Positions 1 to 12,925 of a DNA stretch of 64,000 nt are shown here, piece by piece. Position numbers and translations under genes: made by a program. The notes under the pieces were generated by a model. That model did no database searches, was not told the origin of the DNA, and saw nothing but the letters and a program-made list of their open reading frames with translations. The DNA comes from Anolis carolinensis (Eukaryota). The stretch spans positions 342,683,402 through 342,747,401 of the forward strand of contig NC_085841.1 of NCBI RefSeq assembly GCF_035594765.1. The letters are read 5' to 3'. Within the stretch, counting starts at the first letter, position 1; each line of letters opens with the position of its first letter.

Positions 1-1800
1 AAGAGGGTGATCATCTCCAGAAAAAGGGGATGACAAATTGACAAATTGGCATTGTTGCACAGATACAAAGGTGTATAATAGCGAAGGTTCTTATCCTGGT
101 ATCATTCCATATGAGACTGCCATGGAATAGCTCTTTATGTGATAAAGTCCATAATGAAAGAGATTCAGGTGCCTTTTCAAGGGGCAACAGATATAGCTGG
201 AGCAATCCCTTCACCTATCCGTGGGTGTGCTGGTGGACACAAGCCCATTACTAGTGTTGAAGTACAATTCAATAACATTGGCCAACACACATTGTTGGAC
301 TTGTTTCTGGGTATATTTGTTAGACCTGTTTCCAGTATATTTGATCTACCAATTCCAAAAATAGCACCAGTTTCCTCCTATTAGCTCTAGTTTTTGAGAT
401 ACAGAACATATGCCATCTACCACTTTTCATCCCTTCGCCCACAGAAAATCATGATAACCATATCTAAGAAATTAGAGCTGATGTAGTTTATCCAATGCAA
501 TTTTCTGATTCAGCACCCCAAATAACCCTAGGAACAAATCTAAAAAAATAAGATACCAAGATTTTTGTGTGGTTAGGCTGTGAAATCAGTCCAATCAACT
601 GTATACAATATGCTGGTGGATTCCATTTTGGCCTTTGTCCAAGGTAGCAAAATGTCCTTGGGCTGGTCTTGGATGGCATGAATTCTGAATTATGGTTGTG
701 TGTGGCGGATGGGATGCCTCACACTGGGCAGAATCTTTAAGTCTCTACTGGCAGCACATGTAAATGTGTGATATTTAGCGTGGGTGGTGCAACTGCAGAG
801 CCAACAGTGTCCACCTTCTGTACAAATGGCTGTGTACTGGGAAAGCAATTGTTACAATGTGGGAGATAGAGTGGGAGGGTGTGAAGAAGAGCTAGTACAG
901 AGAGGAAATTCGAAGAACAAATGTGATGAAGAAATGTGTTCTTCCCAGGTGGCAAGAGATGGGAATACAAGGCAGCAATTAGAGAAGAGAGAATAGAATA
1001 CAAGCACTAATTGAAATGGGCTGTGAGGCTTTTGGCAGAGAAAGTACAAGTTATACTGTCTGTTGCTCATTTGTGATCTATGGTACCTGTGTCCAATGTA
1101 CTGGTAGGAAAAAAGATGCATGTTGTGACTTTTGTTTAAGCACAAAGTCCATCCAAAGGACAACAGGTAGAAAGAGCAGCCCTACACTAACTACCAACAA
1201 AAGCAGTGCTAAGCAGAATTTCTGGACTTTGGATAGGGGAAGATTTCTTATCAAGATTTTGAGTTCCAGCAAGACAAAACAAAGGAAGGAACATTTTTGG
1301 AAAAGGAGTCATGGGAAGTTTGCATACTTCCAGATTTTTTTGGAAGATGGTTCTGATTGCTCTAAGATAGGCCAGTGGTCAGGGACAATGTGATGGCTCG
1401 CCTGAGCCTTTGGGGAAACTATAGTGTCTGGCTTTACTCGGGGTCTATCTGTATACCTTCTATTAAGATCAAGACCCTTAACATACTTTAGGCAAGGTGA
1501 AAAGATAACCAAAATGAGTTTACTGAAAACAAGATGAATAAAGGGTTAACTCCACCCGGGGCTATTGAAAGATAGCTTAAAACAATACATGACAAAAGGA
1601 GATTTTGCTGATTGCAGTCATCTCTCTGGAGTCTTTGAAAGCCCTGTGTCTCTGGTGTAAAGCAATGGCTCACAATCCCAGGGGCTGTCTTAATCTTCTT
1701 TCTTTTTGAAACCTAAGCTGGTCAAAGGCTTCCGCTGTCACTGGGACTGATGGTATATGAATGACCCAGGCTAACCCAGCTGTCTTTGAATTTTACCATT
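1..1800 (-). mobile_element. Highly decayed Ty3/Gypsy LTR-retrotransposon pol (RT, RNase H, integrase remnants); boundaries approximate
   Basis: Broken minus-strand frames in Gypsy domain order: VKGLDLNRRY (RT, like FTKLDLRxAY), PFVQKVDTVGSAVA (RNase H, like PFxVEVDASxxAVG), KGLLQ...P followed by a frameshifted IMDFIT (integrase, like GLLQPLP...SMDFIT). Confidence 0.55.
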
Positions 1801-3201
1801 ATGGGTCAAATAATTCATCTTTGTATCAGCTGACCTATTTATTTATACCACACATGCATTCTTCTGACCCTTACTGACAATTATTTGCTTTTTGAGCTGT
1901 GTTTTCTTGTATCTTGTTTCTTCTAATTTTTTTCTGGAAATGGTATGCTATTACCAGAACTTGCTGTGGTGTGTTTCAGCCATTTCAACAATGTCAGTGT
2001 CTTTACCTTTTGAGACATGTGAGGGTGGTCCAATATTATCCCAATTTATCTTTTGGTTGCTCCCCAAATTTCATTCTTCATCTTAAGATAGACCTCAGTA
2101 TTTGATCACATAGCCAAAGTATGTCTATATAGGACTAAATTATTAGTAGGTTCTGATATTGCTAGCTCGAGCAAATCCATACAGTAATTCATCCTTAAGT
2201 GTTTATAAAGCTTGACATTCACACACTGATTTGATACTTCTTCCAAAAACTGTTAAAAATCCCAGCAATGTTTGCATCTCTCTCTCTCTCTCGGACAGTA
2301 TAGATGTCCTTGTGTAATCCTACTCAACCAGATGGTTGCTAGCATGAGAAGGAGCTGACAGTCAAGGTAGCATATGTGCAGTCTCTGTAGGTGTTAATGG
2401 CAGGAAGCCCAGCTTGGAAGACTGATACGCCAGGATTTATCTGTCAGCCGTGCACCTGCCATTAAACTAATGTCGTCCCTAGAAAGTAGAGTATTATTTA
2501 AGAGTAATCCTATCCCTTTTGACATTTTAAAAATACTAAAGTGCTGTGTGAGGTGCTCACTTGTCCCCATTGAAGGATTAAACTGCATCACATGTGTTTC
2601 TTAGTTGATTCTTGGAAATGACATTACTGAAGATGTATATCCTGGCAGGCACTGCCATTTTTGAGGTTGATCTCCAGTAGAGAAGAGCATTAAAAAGCCA
2701 CATCCCAATCCTATATGACCTGTTACCATACGAAACCTGAAACATACAGTACAACACATATCCCCCACATGGCTTCCAGCCATCTTAGATTTCGTGTGTA
2801 TTTGCAAAACTTCAGACAATAATCTCCTATTGAAATGAAGACCCTCTGCCCCAAGAATTCCTCAGAGTTATACTGGAGGAAACTAGGAAATGCCTAGAGA
2901 GGACATATTTTGTTGATTATAGATAAATAAACCCATAGATATTGGTCCTGCAGATATGGGTTGATACTGTAGTCAGCTATGTAGCAAATACTGAATTTTG
3001 AAGATGCGCCATAGGACAATAGGAAGAGTGCCCAATGCACATTGGTACCTGAATTTTATTGGGACCAATGCAATGTGCATTGGGACAGAATCAATGTACA
3101 TTGGAACTGCTGCAGTGTTAACTGGGGTTGAGAGAATGGCTTCAGGTTGCAAAGTTTTATTTATTAGCATGCTGCATTCAAAATGTATTATACTTTATTG
3201 C

Positions 3202-3393
3202 TTAAGACTCAGTAGGGTTTACTATTTTGCCAATAAAAAGTGTACTGTTGGTAACTTGATCATACACCAGAAACAAAAAAGGTCCATTGAATATAATGGT
3301 TGGAGGCAGAGACATGGGAATGGCTTCTACTGCAGTGGCTGCAGCAGCTTCGGTACCTATCTCATCAATAGTCAACACAGCTTTATGAGTAAC
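3202..3393 (-). CDS. SERPINA1: Serpin gene 1, final coding exon with RCL (P1-P1' Met-Ser)
   Basis: Translated by hand (absent from the ORF track): [27 protein letters not shown]|[42 protein letters not shown] matches the alpha-1-antitrypsin bait. Total CDS 1212 bp = 403 aa. Confidence 0.93.
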   Translation of the reverse strand, partial: VTHKAVLTIDEIGTEAAAATAVEAIPMSLPPTIIFNGPFLFLVYDQVTNSTLFIGKIVNPTES

Positions 3394-4009
3394 CTGAGAA
3401 GAAACAAATAGATGGGTTAAAGTTCAGGAAAATGAATGGGATTACTTTGTTAAGGTCTTCTTACCCAAGGATGGTGTCCTTTTCATAATTCAGTCTGCTC
3501 AGTTTTGATTTTCGTTAATAATTACATTTGCTACATTTGCTGTGATTGCACTCTGGACATTTATAGGTTGGGAACTTGTTAGTGGCATTCATAGACCTTA
3601 CACCTGCACAGCTCCTGTTTTGACTATTGTAGATCTTGGGACTAACTGGTTTGCAACAATAATCCACAGCTATTCCATGACGAATGTACAAAACAGATGT
3701 TCAGAGAAGCATCATTCATGTACTAGATGCAAAGTGATTTACATCTGATGAGAACACAGGATGACTCATAAAATTTCAGTAGGAGATGTCACCAGTTTCT
3801 TAATTTTTGGTGTGGACCATGTGTAAGCGTCAGATATTGCGTCATAAGTTGGAAAATTATGAAACTGATCCGACTTACGACAGGACACAACGTTTTTGCT
3901 AAACCCTAGTCACCAGTGTGCATCTGTCCACAGGTCATAGCCAGGTGCTTCACTGATCCCACTCACCAGGCTTGGAATGACCATTTATGGGGACCATAAT
4001 AGAAAAGGT

Positions 4010-4230
4010 GTGAGTTTTAGGAGTCATCAGCCAAACATGAGTCAACAGTGTGATGGCAGGGCCAAATACTCAAAAAGAATATATATATATATATAGCTCA
4101 AGGGATGTAATAATACCATTTTATTTTGCTTTGGTCAGCCTCATCTGGAATACTGTGCTGAGGTCTGGGCACCATAGTTCAAAAAGGTGATTGATAAGCT
4201 GGAATGTGTCCAGATATGATCAAAAGTCTG
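4010..4230 (+). mobile_element. CR1 LINE fragment (intron of gene 1)
   Basis: atgagtcaacagtgtgatg...ctttggtcagccctcatctggaatactgtg...tgataagctggaatgtgtccag matches CR1 ORF2. Confidence 0.7.
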
Positions 4231-4464
4231 AACGCAACACTCATCTCATATATTTATTTTATTGATTTAATATCCCATCTTTTACCCCGTGCAGGAACAC
4301 AAGGCAGCTTACCATAAACTTTAACAAAGTATAGCTAAAAAACAATAAGTTATAACATGGAGTGGGGGAAACTAGGAAACAGTTAGCTACACTATTGTAT
4401 TTAAACCAAGACCTTGGCTCAAATGAAATCACAGAAAGAATGGGAATTTTTATGTTAGACTTAC

Positions 4465-4612
4465 TTTTGATACTTTCAAAGCTTGCCCAGTGATTCCAGT
4501 CAGATCCGCATTGTCAGAGAACATTTCAGCAATGCCCAGGTTGGTGAGGGGACCTTTTAGGTCACAGCTGGTGGAAATATTAAACTTTGGAAGATGTACA
4601 CGTGCTGTGTCA
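4465..4612 (-). CDS. SERPINA1: Serpin gene 1, coding exon 3
   Basis: ttttcag acceptor, DTARVHLPKFNIS...ADLTGITGQALKVSK, gtaagt donor; 148 bp, the canonical clade-A exon size. Confidence 0.93.
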
Positions 4613-5474
4613 CTGAAAATCAACCAAGAGAAAAGAAAATGATCCAACAATTTTCCCCAGATAAAGGATAGCTGAATCAACATCTCACAGACTCTGCCCT
4701 GCTAAGAGTGGAGTGGATTTACACCATTGCCTGATTACTATTAACACAGTGTATGTAGAACTGCCCTTTCCAACAATTCAGATTCTTTAGCTAATGTAAT
4801 TACAAGGGTTGTCATATCTCAAAGCCTGGAGCTGAGTTTACAGTGGCCATCTCCAGGTGGAAGACAAGGATGCAAATTCTCCATGGGCTCAGGAAAGGGC
4901 CACCACACCTAATAGAGCAGTAACATGCTACAGTGTGCAAGGATTTTTCAATTTGTTGTTTCAAATTGAATCAACTTTCCAGAAGGTCTATATATTAATT
5001 CCTAGGTTTCCTCCCAGTTGTTTAGGCACCAAGCTCAGCCTCTGCTCTGTATCCACTAGAAACAAGGTCACTAGATTAAATGTTTCTTACTCCATCTCCT
5101 TAGGTAGGTGAGAAAGAATAATCCATTCATTTCTCCTTTATTATGGAACAGCCCCTTTAGAGAAGATTTATGCCTTAATGTCCAAGCAGGAAAATATGCC
5201 CCCCCCCATTTCAGAATGTCAACTGTGGTCGGTATTTCATGTAGTACTTAATTAGAGTCCATTTTGTGGTTCTCAGATTTTGACCCAGAAAACTGAACTG
5301 ACAACCTTAGTTGTGAATTGCCTTCAGATGAGTCTATATGGTCTAGGAGCTCATTACACCAATATACTAATGTACAATTACAAGTTCAAATCAGAAAGAA
5401 ACATGGTACTGATTGTAAAAGTCTTTCTGCTATAACTATCTAGAGAAATACATTAGTAGTAACAAAAGAATTAC

Positions 5475-5742
5475 CGGTGAACACGTGCAGACCATTTAGT
5501 CAAAACATCACGTGAAATTGCCTTCTCCAGTTCCTTCATCTTCCCAGGATCAGGTAGAACAAAAAATGCTGTAGCATTGCCATTATAGTGCATTTGTACT
5601 ACTGTGCAGGAAAGCTCATGGTCAAAATAGTAGTGAAACCAACCCATTCTCTGCATCATTGGGACTTTGACAGTTGTTTTATCATCCACTATGAAGTCTC
5701 CTTCTCTTGTCATCTCTGGATCAAAAGGCTTCTCCCAGTTGC
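5475..5742 (-). CDS. SERPINA1: Serpin gene 1, coding exon 2
   Basis: ttttag-type acceptor, then (G)NWEKPFDPEMTREGDF...VKVPMM...FFVLPDPGKM...KWSARVH; donor gtaatt; 268 bp. Confidence 0.93.
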
Positions 5743-7158
5743 CTAAAGAGACATAAAGGATACATGCTCATATTTTGGAAGAATTATACAGCTTTTTCAA
5801 CCATTGAATGGGAATGATTGCCATGTGCTTAGAGCAGACCTTAGAAGACTATCTCACAGCAAGAAAATAAATGATTTGATTTTTAGCCTACAATTCATAC
5901 ATTTCCTCACTATTGACCTGGGCTTCTGGAAACTAAAGTTCAAAACACAGGGGAGGGTTAAATGTAATCTCTTATAGCTTCAATCTACAGATTTGTCCTG
6001 TTATCAAAGATCATTTTTAAGCAACAAGGATTGCCCTTGCTTGACAAGGGAAGGGTGATCCATGTGCAGATGCAACCTGGAAAGATGCATGAGTATAACT
6101 GTGTTCTCCCTCCACAAGTCTGGATGTCTTGATTGTGTTTTAATTCCTTAGAGTTTCTTTGATGTAATGTTACACTGTTTTAATTGTCACAGGAACTCAG
6201 ACTGCGGATACAGCCCTCCTTATTAGACCTGGACCACTTCTATGATGTTGAGAAGACTGTTGGTGTTGACACCGTGCCAAATGATTTGAAGGATTGTGTT
6301 TAGTCTTTACCTCTGATTGGTTCTGTCAAGGAGTATATCACCAACCATATGCAACTAGTGTTTAGACAAAGCAACTTTATTTCCAGGATCCCATGGATAT
6401 CAATGGGGATTCATGTTTTTTAAAGTGACAAGTAAGCAATAAGATTAAACCAGATTTGATGGTGGAGATCTGAGTGGTGTCTATTATTTTTCCATTTTCC
6501 ACCTTAAAAATAAGCATGGAAAGGAAATTAAACTAGACCCATAGTGAAGGGACAGCTCAGAGTTAATTGTGAAACCTGGCAAAACATAAGAACCCCCCCC
6601 CCCCCCCCCCGCCCCAGCTTTCCTCCTTTATCTTCTCTCCCCCCTTCCCCCCAAGGACATATTCTCATCTATCCATATTTCAACTTTTTCTTTCTATAAA
6701 TTGTTCCACCACTTTTATTGTAACTTCAAAATCAAAATAAAATCATTAAAAAAGAAAAAGAAAATCTTCCCTACTCCAGTCCTAGTTGCTTGAATGGAAG
6801 AAAGGCTAGAAATATATCAAAGATAGATCTTAGGAACAGATCTCTCGGATGCTTATTTTTCTAGACAGGTTTTACTTCATTGTCTTTTACACTAGCATCA
6901 GCAGTGATAACTGGATGAACTGAAAACTTGTATGAGAACCTGTACAAAAACCTGTATAACCTGTGCTGGACTAAAGGATTATGTGCAAGAAATGTGTAGA
7001 CATTTCTGACAGACTGTTAGAAGATTCAAAGTTCTTGTGTTTATTGAACTGGTCTTTCTACACAGGTACATGTGTTTACAGATGTAGTTTGGAGTTATCA
7101 AACTACATTCTTAATCCTGGATGATAAAACCCACTATAGTATTGATACCCAACTCTCA

Positions 7159-7717
7159 GGGTGCTTCCAAACAGCCCCTTTAAAGCAGGAGTTACAACAT
7201 TTTAAAACGAGCCGTCCAGATGATGTCCTAGAGAAATGCAATTGCTTTTACTACAAAGCAGGAAAACCATGCTTTTTGGGAAGATAATTTATTAGTGGGT
7301 TTATTCCATGCCTTCTTGGAAATCCACTGTTACCGCTGTCTGGACTGCTCCCTCAAAAGTTATGGACTTTTGAGGGGACAGTACAGACCGCAGTGTCTGT
7401 GTTTTTCTGGCCTAAATTAGCCTGGAAAATGGTGAGAACAATAACCCTTTCCCCCCCCCCACCCCCCCCCCCCAAAACTCTTTTGAAAAATAAAATAACT
7501 TACCTGGCCTCCATTAGCTTGGTGTCGGAGCTCTCCTGGTGCATAGAAATAATGTGCCAGGAGAAAGGGGGAGAAGCGAGGTTCTGGGAGCGCATCTAGA
7601 CACCAGCCCCCAAAAGCACGCACTTTCCGGAGGGTGTGTGTGTAGATTAAGACCCAGGAACATTCACGTTTTCCAAAAATGAATGTTCTTGGTTTAAAGG
7701 GCTGTTTGGAAGTGCCC
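7159..7717. mobile_element. Non-autonomous DNA transposon (PIF/Harbinger-like MITE)
   Basis: Terminal inverted repeats gggtgcttccaaacagccc and gggctgtttggaagtgccc. Confidence 0.65.
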
Positions 7718-8894
7718 ACAAAGGTGGTTTCCAGTTCTCACAACCTAACTAGTCACCAGAGTCTGGGTTTGAACAGTTTAGTGTTGGAGCTGCATACATG
7801 GTAGAGCTTGGAAATATTACTCCAGGGAATTACATCTCCTATAATCATCCAGCCACCAGCAAGATCATGGGGCAACTTCATTGTGAAACTAAATCAAAGA
7901 CCAGTTTGCAATAAATTGCATTATTTGCTAAGAGGAGAGATCAGATTTATCCAGTTCATTGTGGATTGGGGACTGTGTGCGTTCCCATCCTGCCTTCACT
8001 ACCTAAAGAGTTCCCTCAGTTTCTTCAGTTTTAGTATGAAAGGATACCAGAAGAACTCCATGGGACCAGTCCGAAGCCCTATCTAGCCTACTGTTCTTTC
8101 TGCATAGTTGTCTGTGGAAAACCCACAAGTAGGTTAATGAGGGCCTCTTCCACAAAGCTGTATAAAATCCACATTGAACTAGATTATGTAGCAGTATGGA
8201 CTCAGATAATCCAGTTCAAAGAAGATATTGAGGATTTTCTGCCTTGATATTCTGATTTATATGGTCATGTGGAAGGACCCGAATTTAACCCCAACTCCTC
8301 TGCTTCTTGCTTTTCACCTTACTTCTCTTACTGTAAAGAATATACACATCATGATTAAAATATCTTGTGTCTTTACCTGTCTTTCTCTTGCATAGACCTT
8401 CTTTTCCTTTGGGCTGCTGTGGACCATGCTTATTGCTTGACTACTGCCTGTTTGTTAATCTGAACCTAACCTCTGAAACATATGCTGACTTCAGTCTCAA
8501 GCAGCCTTTGACCTTACCTCTTCTTTGAACCTTCTCTCTCACTTGTGCTCAGTCTCTCCCTGACATCTTGTATGTAAATCATCTTTGACTTGTTTTAGAT
8601 CTCAGGCTGACTTCGACATGACGCCAAATAAGAATCCTCTCACTTATATACGCACCATTATGGCAGTCCTTGCATATAGGTGAGTTGCTGCTTAGTTGAC
8701 ACTACCTATATTGGCAGCTATCATTACATCTTGTGATAGTGAGTTCCAAAGTTCCTAGCATTGGTTGAAGAAGTATATTATCTTACCTGTCTTGTATCTC
8801 CCACCATTTGCATTAATGGTTTGTTATTATTAGTATTACATTATTTACACACTTGTTAGACTGAACAATGCTGTCTCAGACTTTCATAATTTAC

Positions 8895-9498
8895 CTTTAA
8901 AGAATATGTAGTTAACTAAAACTAGTACAGTGTTTTGATCGAGACCCTTGACCAGTTGTGGAATTTTCCCATGGGTTTTCTTCTCCACGTATTCATTGAT
9001 TTGCTTTTCAGCTTCTGTGGGCTCCTGAAATTTTGCTGATAACACATCTGCTTCATATGAGGCATGGACATCATCCAAAAATTTCTGTAGTAGGTTTTGG
9101 CCATCTTTCACAAATAGAGCCTGACCGATATCAAGTTTGACCTTACTGTCAGGGTTAGTCAGCACAGAAAAGAGGTTATGAAACCCATCATGAATGTCTT
9201 TCTCCTGGATTTGTGTCAGATTAAAGGTGAGCCCCTCCAGAATCTGAGTGTGAGTAGTTGATCTTGCCCCCAGTGACAGGAGAGATAAGGCAGAAGAGAT
9301 GATGAGGGGTGAGAAGAAAACATTCTTGCCAGGTGATGCTGAAGAAATCTGCTCCAACAGGTTCAGCCCAAACTGAGCAGTGTTGGTATATATCTTAGCA
9401 GCTGCAACACTTGTATCATCATGGCCATTGATGTGATGGCCATGGGTGATAGTGCAGAGGCCAATAGTTAACAAACACACAGAGAGCACAGATTTCAT
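8895..9498 (-). CDS. SERPINA1: Serpin gene 1 (alpha-1-antitrypsin-like), coding exon 1 of 4
   Basis: ATG at 9498 follows a cag acceptor (exon starts 9515). Signal peptide MKSVLSVCLLTIGLCTITHG; serpin motifs NVFFSP, LGARSTT, LVNYIFFKG; G|gtaa donor at 8894; 604 bp, phase 1. Confidence 0.93.
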
Positions 9499-10073
9499 TT
9501 TTGTCTTTGGTTTGTCTGTGAATGAAGAGAAAGAATGATATTTTTTTTTTGCTGCACCATCCTGAAGTTGTAGCATGCAAGGACTCACAGTTTCTTGTTC
9601 TTGAAAGCTAACATAAAGATGGGAAAAGCACTGCAAAGCACACTGACAAATTTCAGTCAATACTTTAGCATGGGATTACTATACCTTTCATGTTCTGTTC
9701 TTAATACAGTATAGATATCAATCATTTGGTGTATGAATTTCATTTGCCACTCAATTAAACCATTTTGATACCACTTTAATTACCATTTTCCATCCTCTGG
9801 AATCCTAGGATTTGTAGTTTTGAGGTATGGAGGATTCTCACTAGAAATCTCCAGTGAGCGTCCCCCCCTCCTGATCTACAGCACTGAAACTCTCTAGCAG
9901 AGAGAATTTTCTCATTAAACCACAGATCCAAAATCTCTAGGGCTCTTCTACACAGCCATATAACCCAGAATATCGAGGCAGATAATGCACAATATCTGCT
10001 TTGAACTGGATTATCAGAAACCAGGCTGCCACATAATCCAGTCCAATACAGCTGTGTAGAAGGGGTCATAGAA

Positions 10074-10207
10074 TAATGATTCTCAACCAGGAGTCCCCAG
10101 GTGTTTTGGCCTATAACTCCCAGAAATATCAGCCAGTTTACCAGCTGTTAGGATTTCTGGGATTTGAAGGCCAAAACATCTGGGGACCCACAGGTTGAGA
10201 ACCACTG
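10074..10207. mobile_element. Palindromic hAT-type MITE
   Basis: About 134-bp near-palindrome; 8-bp target duplication tcatagaa / ccatagaa. Confidence 0.75.
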
Positions 10208-12043
10208 CCATAGAAGAAAAAAAATCATAGCTGTAAATCATTTGTCCTGCAATCCTGATCTTAATTCAGATATTATTTATTTGCAATGCCTTGTTTTTCA
10301 ATCAATGCAAGTTACAGACGTCTAGAATAGATCAGGGTCAAAATCTGCATACTTGGGGGGTTGTCAGGATATCTCTCCCATCCCCTTGTTTGATATATTT
10401 ACTTCTTAATAAGTATTAAAAGGCACACTAATAGTTTGGCTAATATAGTGTAAAACATGAGCATAAACTGCCAAGTGTTTTAATGTAAAGGTTGTGCATT
10501 AATGCATTATACAAAAAAACTGGACTGAAACAAAATGTCTGCAGTAAAGTTTTTAGTCATCCCACACATATACTACTTGGATTTTTGCTCATCTTCTACA
10601 ATGAGAGAAGTTTTCAACTCTTACATTGATAGCTCACATTGATTTAGTCTCAAAGCAGTTCTGTTTCAGTTAAGCCATTGGTTCAGGTTTGAAGGTCATG
10701 AACTCTAACATGTCTTTTAGCAGGCTAATCTCAACAAACTAATCATGACATGTTGAAATTTTTGAAAAAACAAATAAGACCTATGCTCCTTACTCAAACT
10801 CACCCTTTGCTCCCTTGGGTGCAACCACAAATATTTGTTGTAGGAAACAAATATTTGACTCTGGAAAACACTTTGAAAAGCGTCTTTTATAGCATCATTT
10901 TTGGAAATGCAGCAGTGCCTTTGGATAACATGCCTGGTGCAACTGAGCTGTTTCGTACATGTGGTTGGGATGATTTAAAGTGACATGCATGCAATTATAG
11001 CAGGTGAGGAAAAAGCAAGCTTTTGTGAGCCAATTCATCATGAGAGCACCAGCCAGTCAGTTCCATGACATGAATCAGGACTGCTTAAAGGATTTGACAA
11101 ACTCTATGTTTTCATTATTTCTGAAGATTATATTCAACATGACTTTGACTTTTCATTGGAAAAATCATAACTAACATTTTGCATGAATTTGTCATCAATT
11201 TGTCACCATGGTTTTGTCATTACTTTCATAGTAGTCACTACTAACTGTTTTGGCTGAATGGTGATGAAGATTCAAAAGAAATATTTTTTGTATTATAATT
11301 GTTCTGTAAAAACTTACATGGAAGTAGTCAAATTTATAGTTCTGGAGTTCCTCTCTACTTACCCATTTTTTAAATGTCTATTTCACTTTTCTCCTGATAA
11401 GGGACAAGATTAAAACAAGACGCATGAGAGTGTGCGAGGTTTATACAAATGGAAAAAGTTCAGATATTAAGGTTGAGGTATATGCAATACAGTTGAGTAT
11501 CCCTTAGCTGAGAACTTGTAATGCTTCAAAATTGTCCACATGGGTGTCCACCTTTGCTTTGCTTAAGTGCACACATTTTTTCATGGAGAAAATTAAAAAC
11601 ATTGTGGGTAAAATGACTGTTAGGCCATGTGTATGAGTAACGTATGAAACATAAATGATTTTTGTTTTTAGACTTGGACCCACAATGGGGTCAATCCTCT
11701 TCTACACTGACCTAAGTGGTTAGTGTAGATGGGGCCTTGGAAGAAATGGTTGATGAGATTGTAATGTGGTTTAAAGTTATGACTACATAAGGATGAATAT
11801 AAAACTACTCCTCCCTCCCTCCTATTTCAAGACATTTTGTGTCCTACTCTAGAACCTCAGAAATGTTGAAATTACTTCTTATTTTAGAACAAACAACAAA
11901 TGATCACTATTTTAGGCATTAAGGGCATCTAGCTAGTCTGGGTGGCTCAGAATAGATCATATGGCACATACTACTCTACCTTCCAAAAGAAAGGAAAGGT
12001 TATGTACGTTGCTATAGTTGTCTCTACAATATTGATTGTCTGA

Positions 12044-12169
12044 GGCCCCTCCCACACAGCTGAATAAAATCCCACATTTTCTACTTTGAACTGGAATATA
12101 TGGCAGTGTAGACTCAGATGACCCAGTTCAAAGTAGATATTCTAGATTATATGGCTGTGTGGAAGGGCC
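12044..12169. mobile_element. Harbinger-like short MITE (related copies near 8141-8281, 9940-10066, 53158-53309, 53492-53587)
   Basis: TIRs ggcccctcccacacagc and gctgtgtggaagggcc, flanked by 3-bp TGA. The copy at 53158 is flanked by TAA. Confidence 0.7.
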
Positions 12170-12312
12170 TGAGGCAGTTGCCTCACTCTGCCTAATGGTA
12201 GGGCCAGTCTTCAAGATCTTGCTTTCCCATTTGAGTTCCACCACAAGATTTCTCCTCTGGAATGAAGCTTATATTCTGGAAATTCTGACTCATGACCATC
12301 ATCCGTTTACTT

Positions 12313-12447
12313 CAGTGGTTCCCAACCTTTGGGCCTCCAGATGTTTTGGATCTCAATTCCCAGGAATTCCAGCCAGCTTACCAGTCGTTGGGAATAGTGG
12401 GAGCTGAAGTACAAAACACCTAGAGACCCAAAGGTTGGAAACCACTG
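12313..12447. mobile_element. Palindromic hAT-type MITE
   Basis: TIRs cagtggttcccaacc and ggttggaaaccactg; 8-bp TSD gtttactt / gtttactc. Confidence 0.78.
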
Positions 12448-12756
12448 GTTTACTCGCTTCTCTCTAAACCATATTAACAGCAAAGCTTTGAGAAAGTTAT
12501 TTGTTTGGGTTATAGCCCACAGAATCATTGATATGCAGGCTTGGAGATTGTATGAAATGCAGTACAAAAACGTAATGCATCCAAGCAGAATTTTGAGCCT
12601 AGTTAGTAGTTATGTACATCATAAGCATTATTGATATTGCTGTAATATGTGGGGTCGCTTCTATGATCTCGCTTTAAAGGCAATTTGGTTAAAAGGCTGG
12701 AAAGGAAAAAACATTATGAAAGTAATGGCATAAACCATTAAGAGAAAAAGAGGAAT

Positions 12757-12925
12757 ACTTACAGTAATGGCAAAGAAACCTCTGGCATTCAAACAGGCCT
12801 CTGATCTTGATGCTCTTCTCTTTATATTCATTAAACTGTCCTGAGGGCATGGAGTGTCCAGTTAAAGAGTAACCAGGGCTGTTCAAGGTATTTATTTTAA
12901 AGTATTGTCCAAATATGGATTGGCA
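12757..12925 (-). promoter_or_regulatory. Gene 1 proximal promoter and non-coding exon 1
   Basis: HNF1-like GTTAAAGAGTAAC at 12861-12873; TATAAA on minus strand at 12821-12826; GTAAGT donor at 12757-12762; CArG-like CCAAATATGG at 12909-12918 next to a CCAAT. Confidence 0.6.

Noticed and set aside
2998-3411. 137-aa + strand ORF
   Set aside because: It is the antisense shadow of gene 1's last exon and 3' flank.
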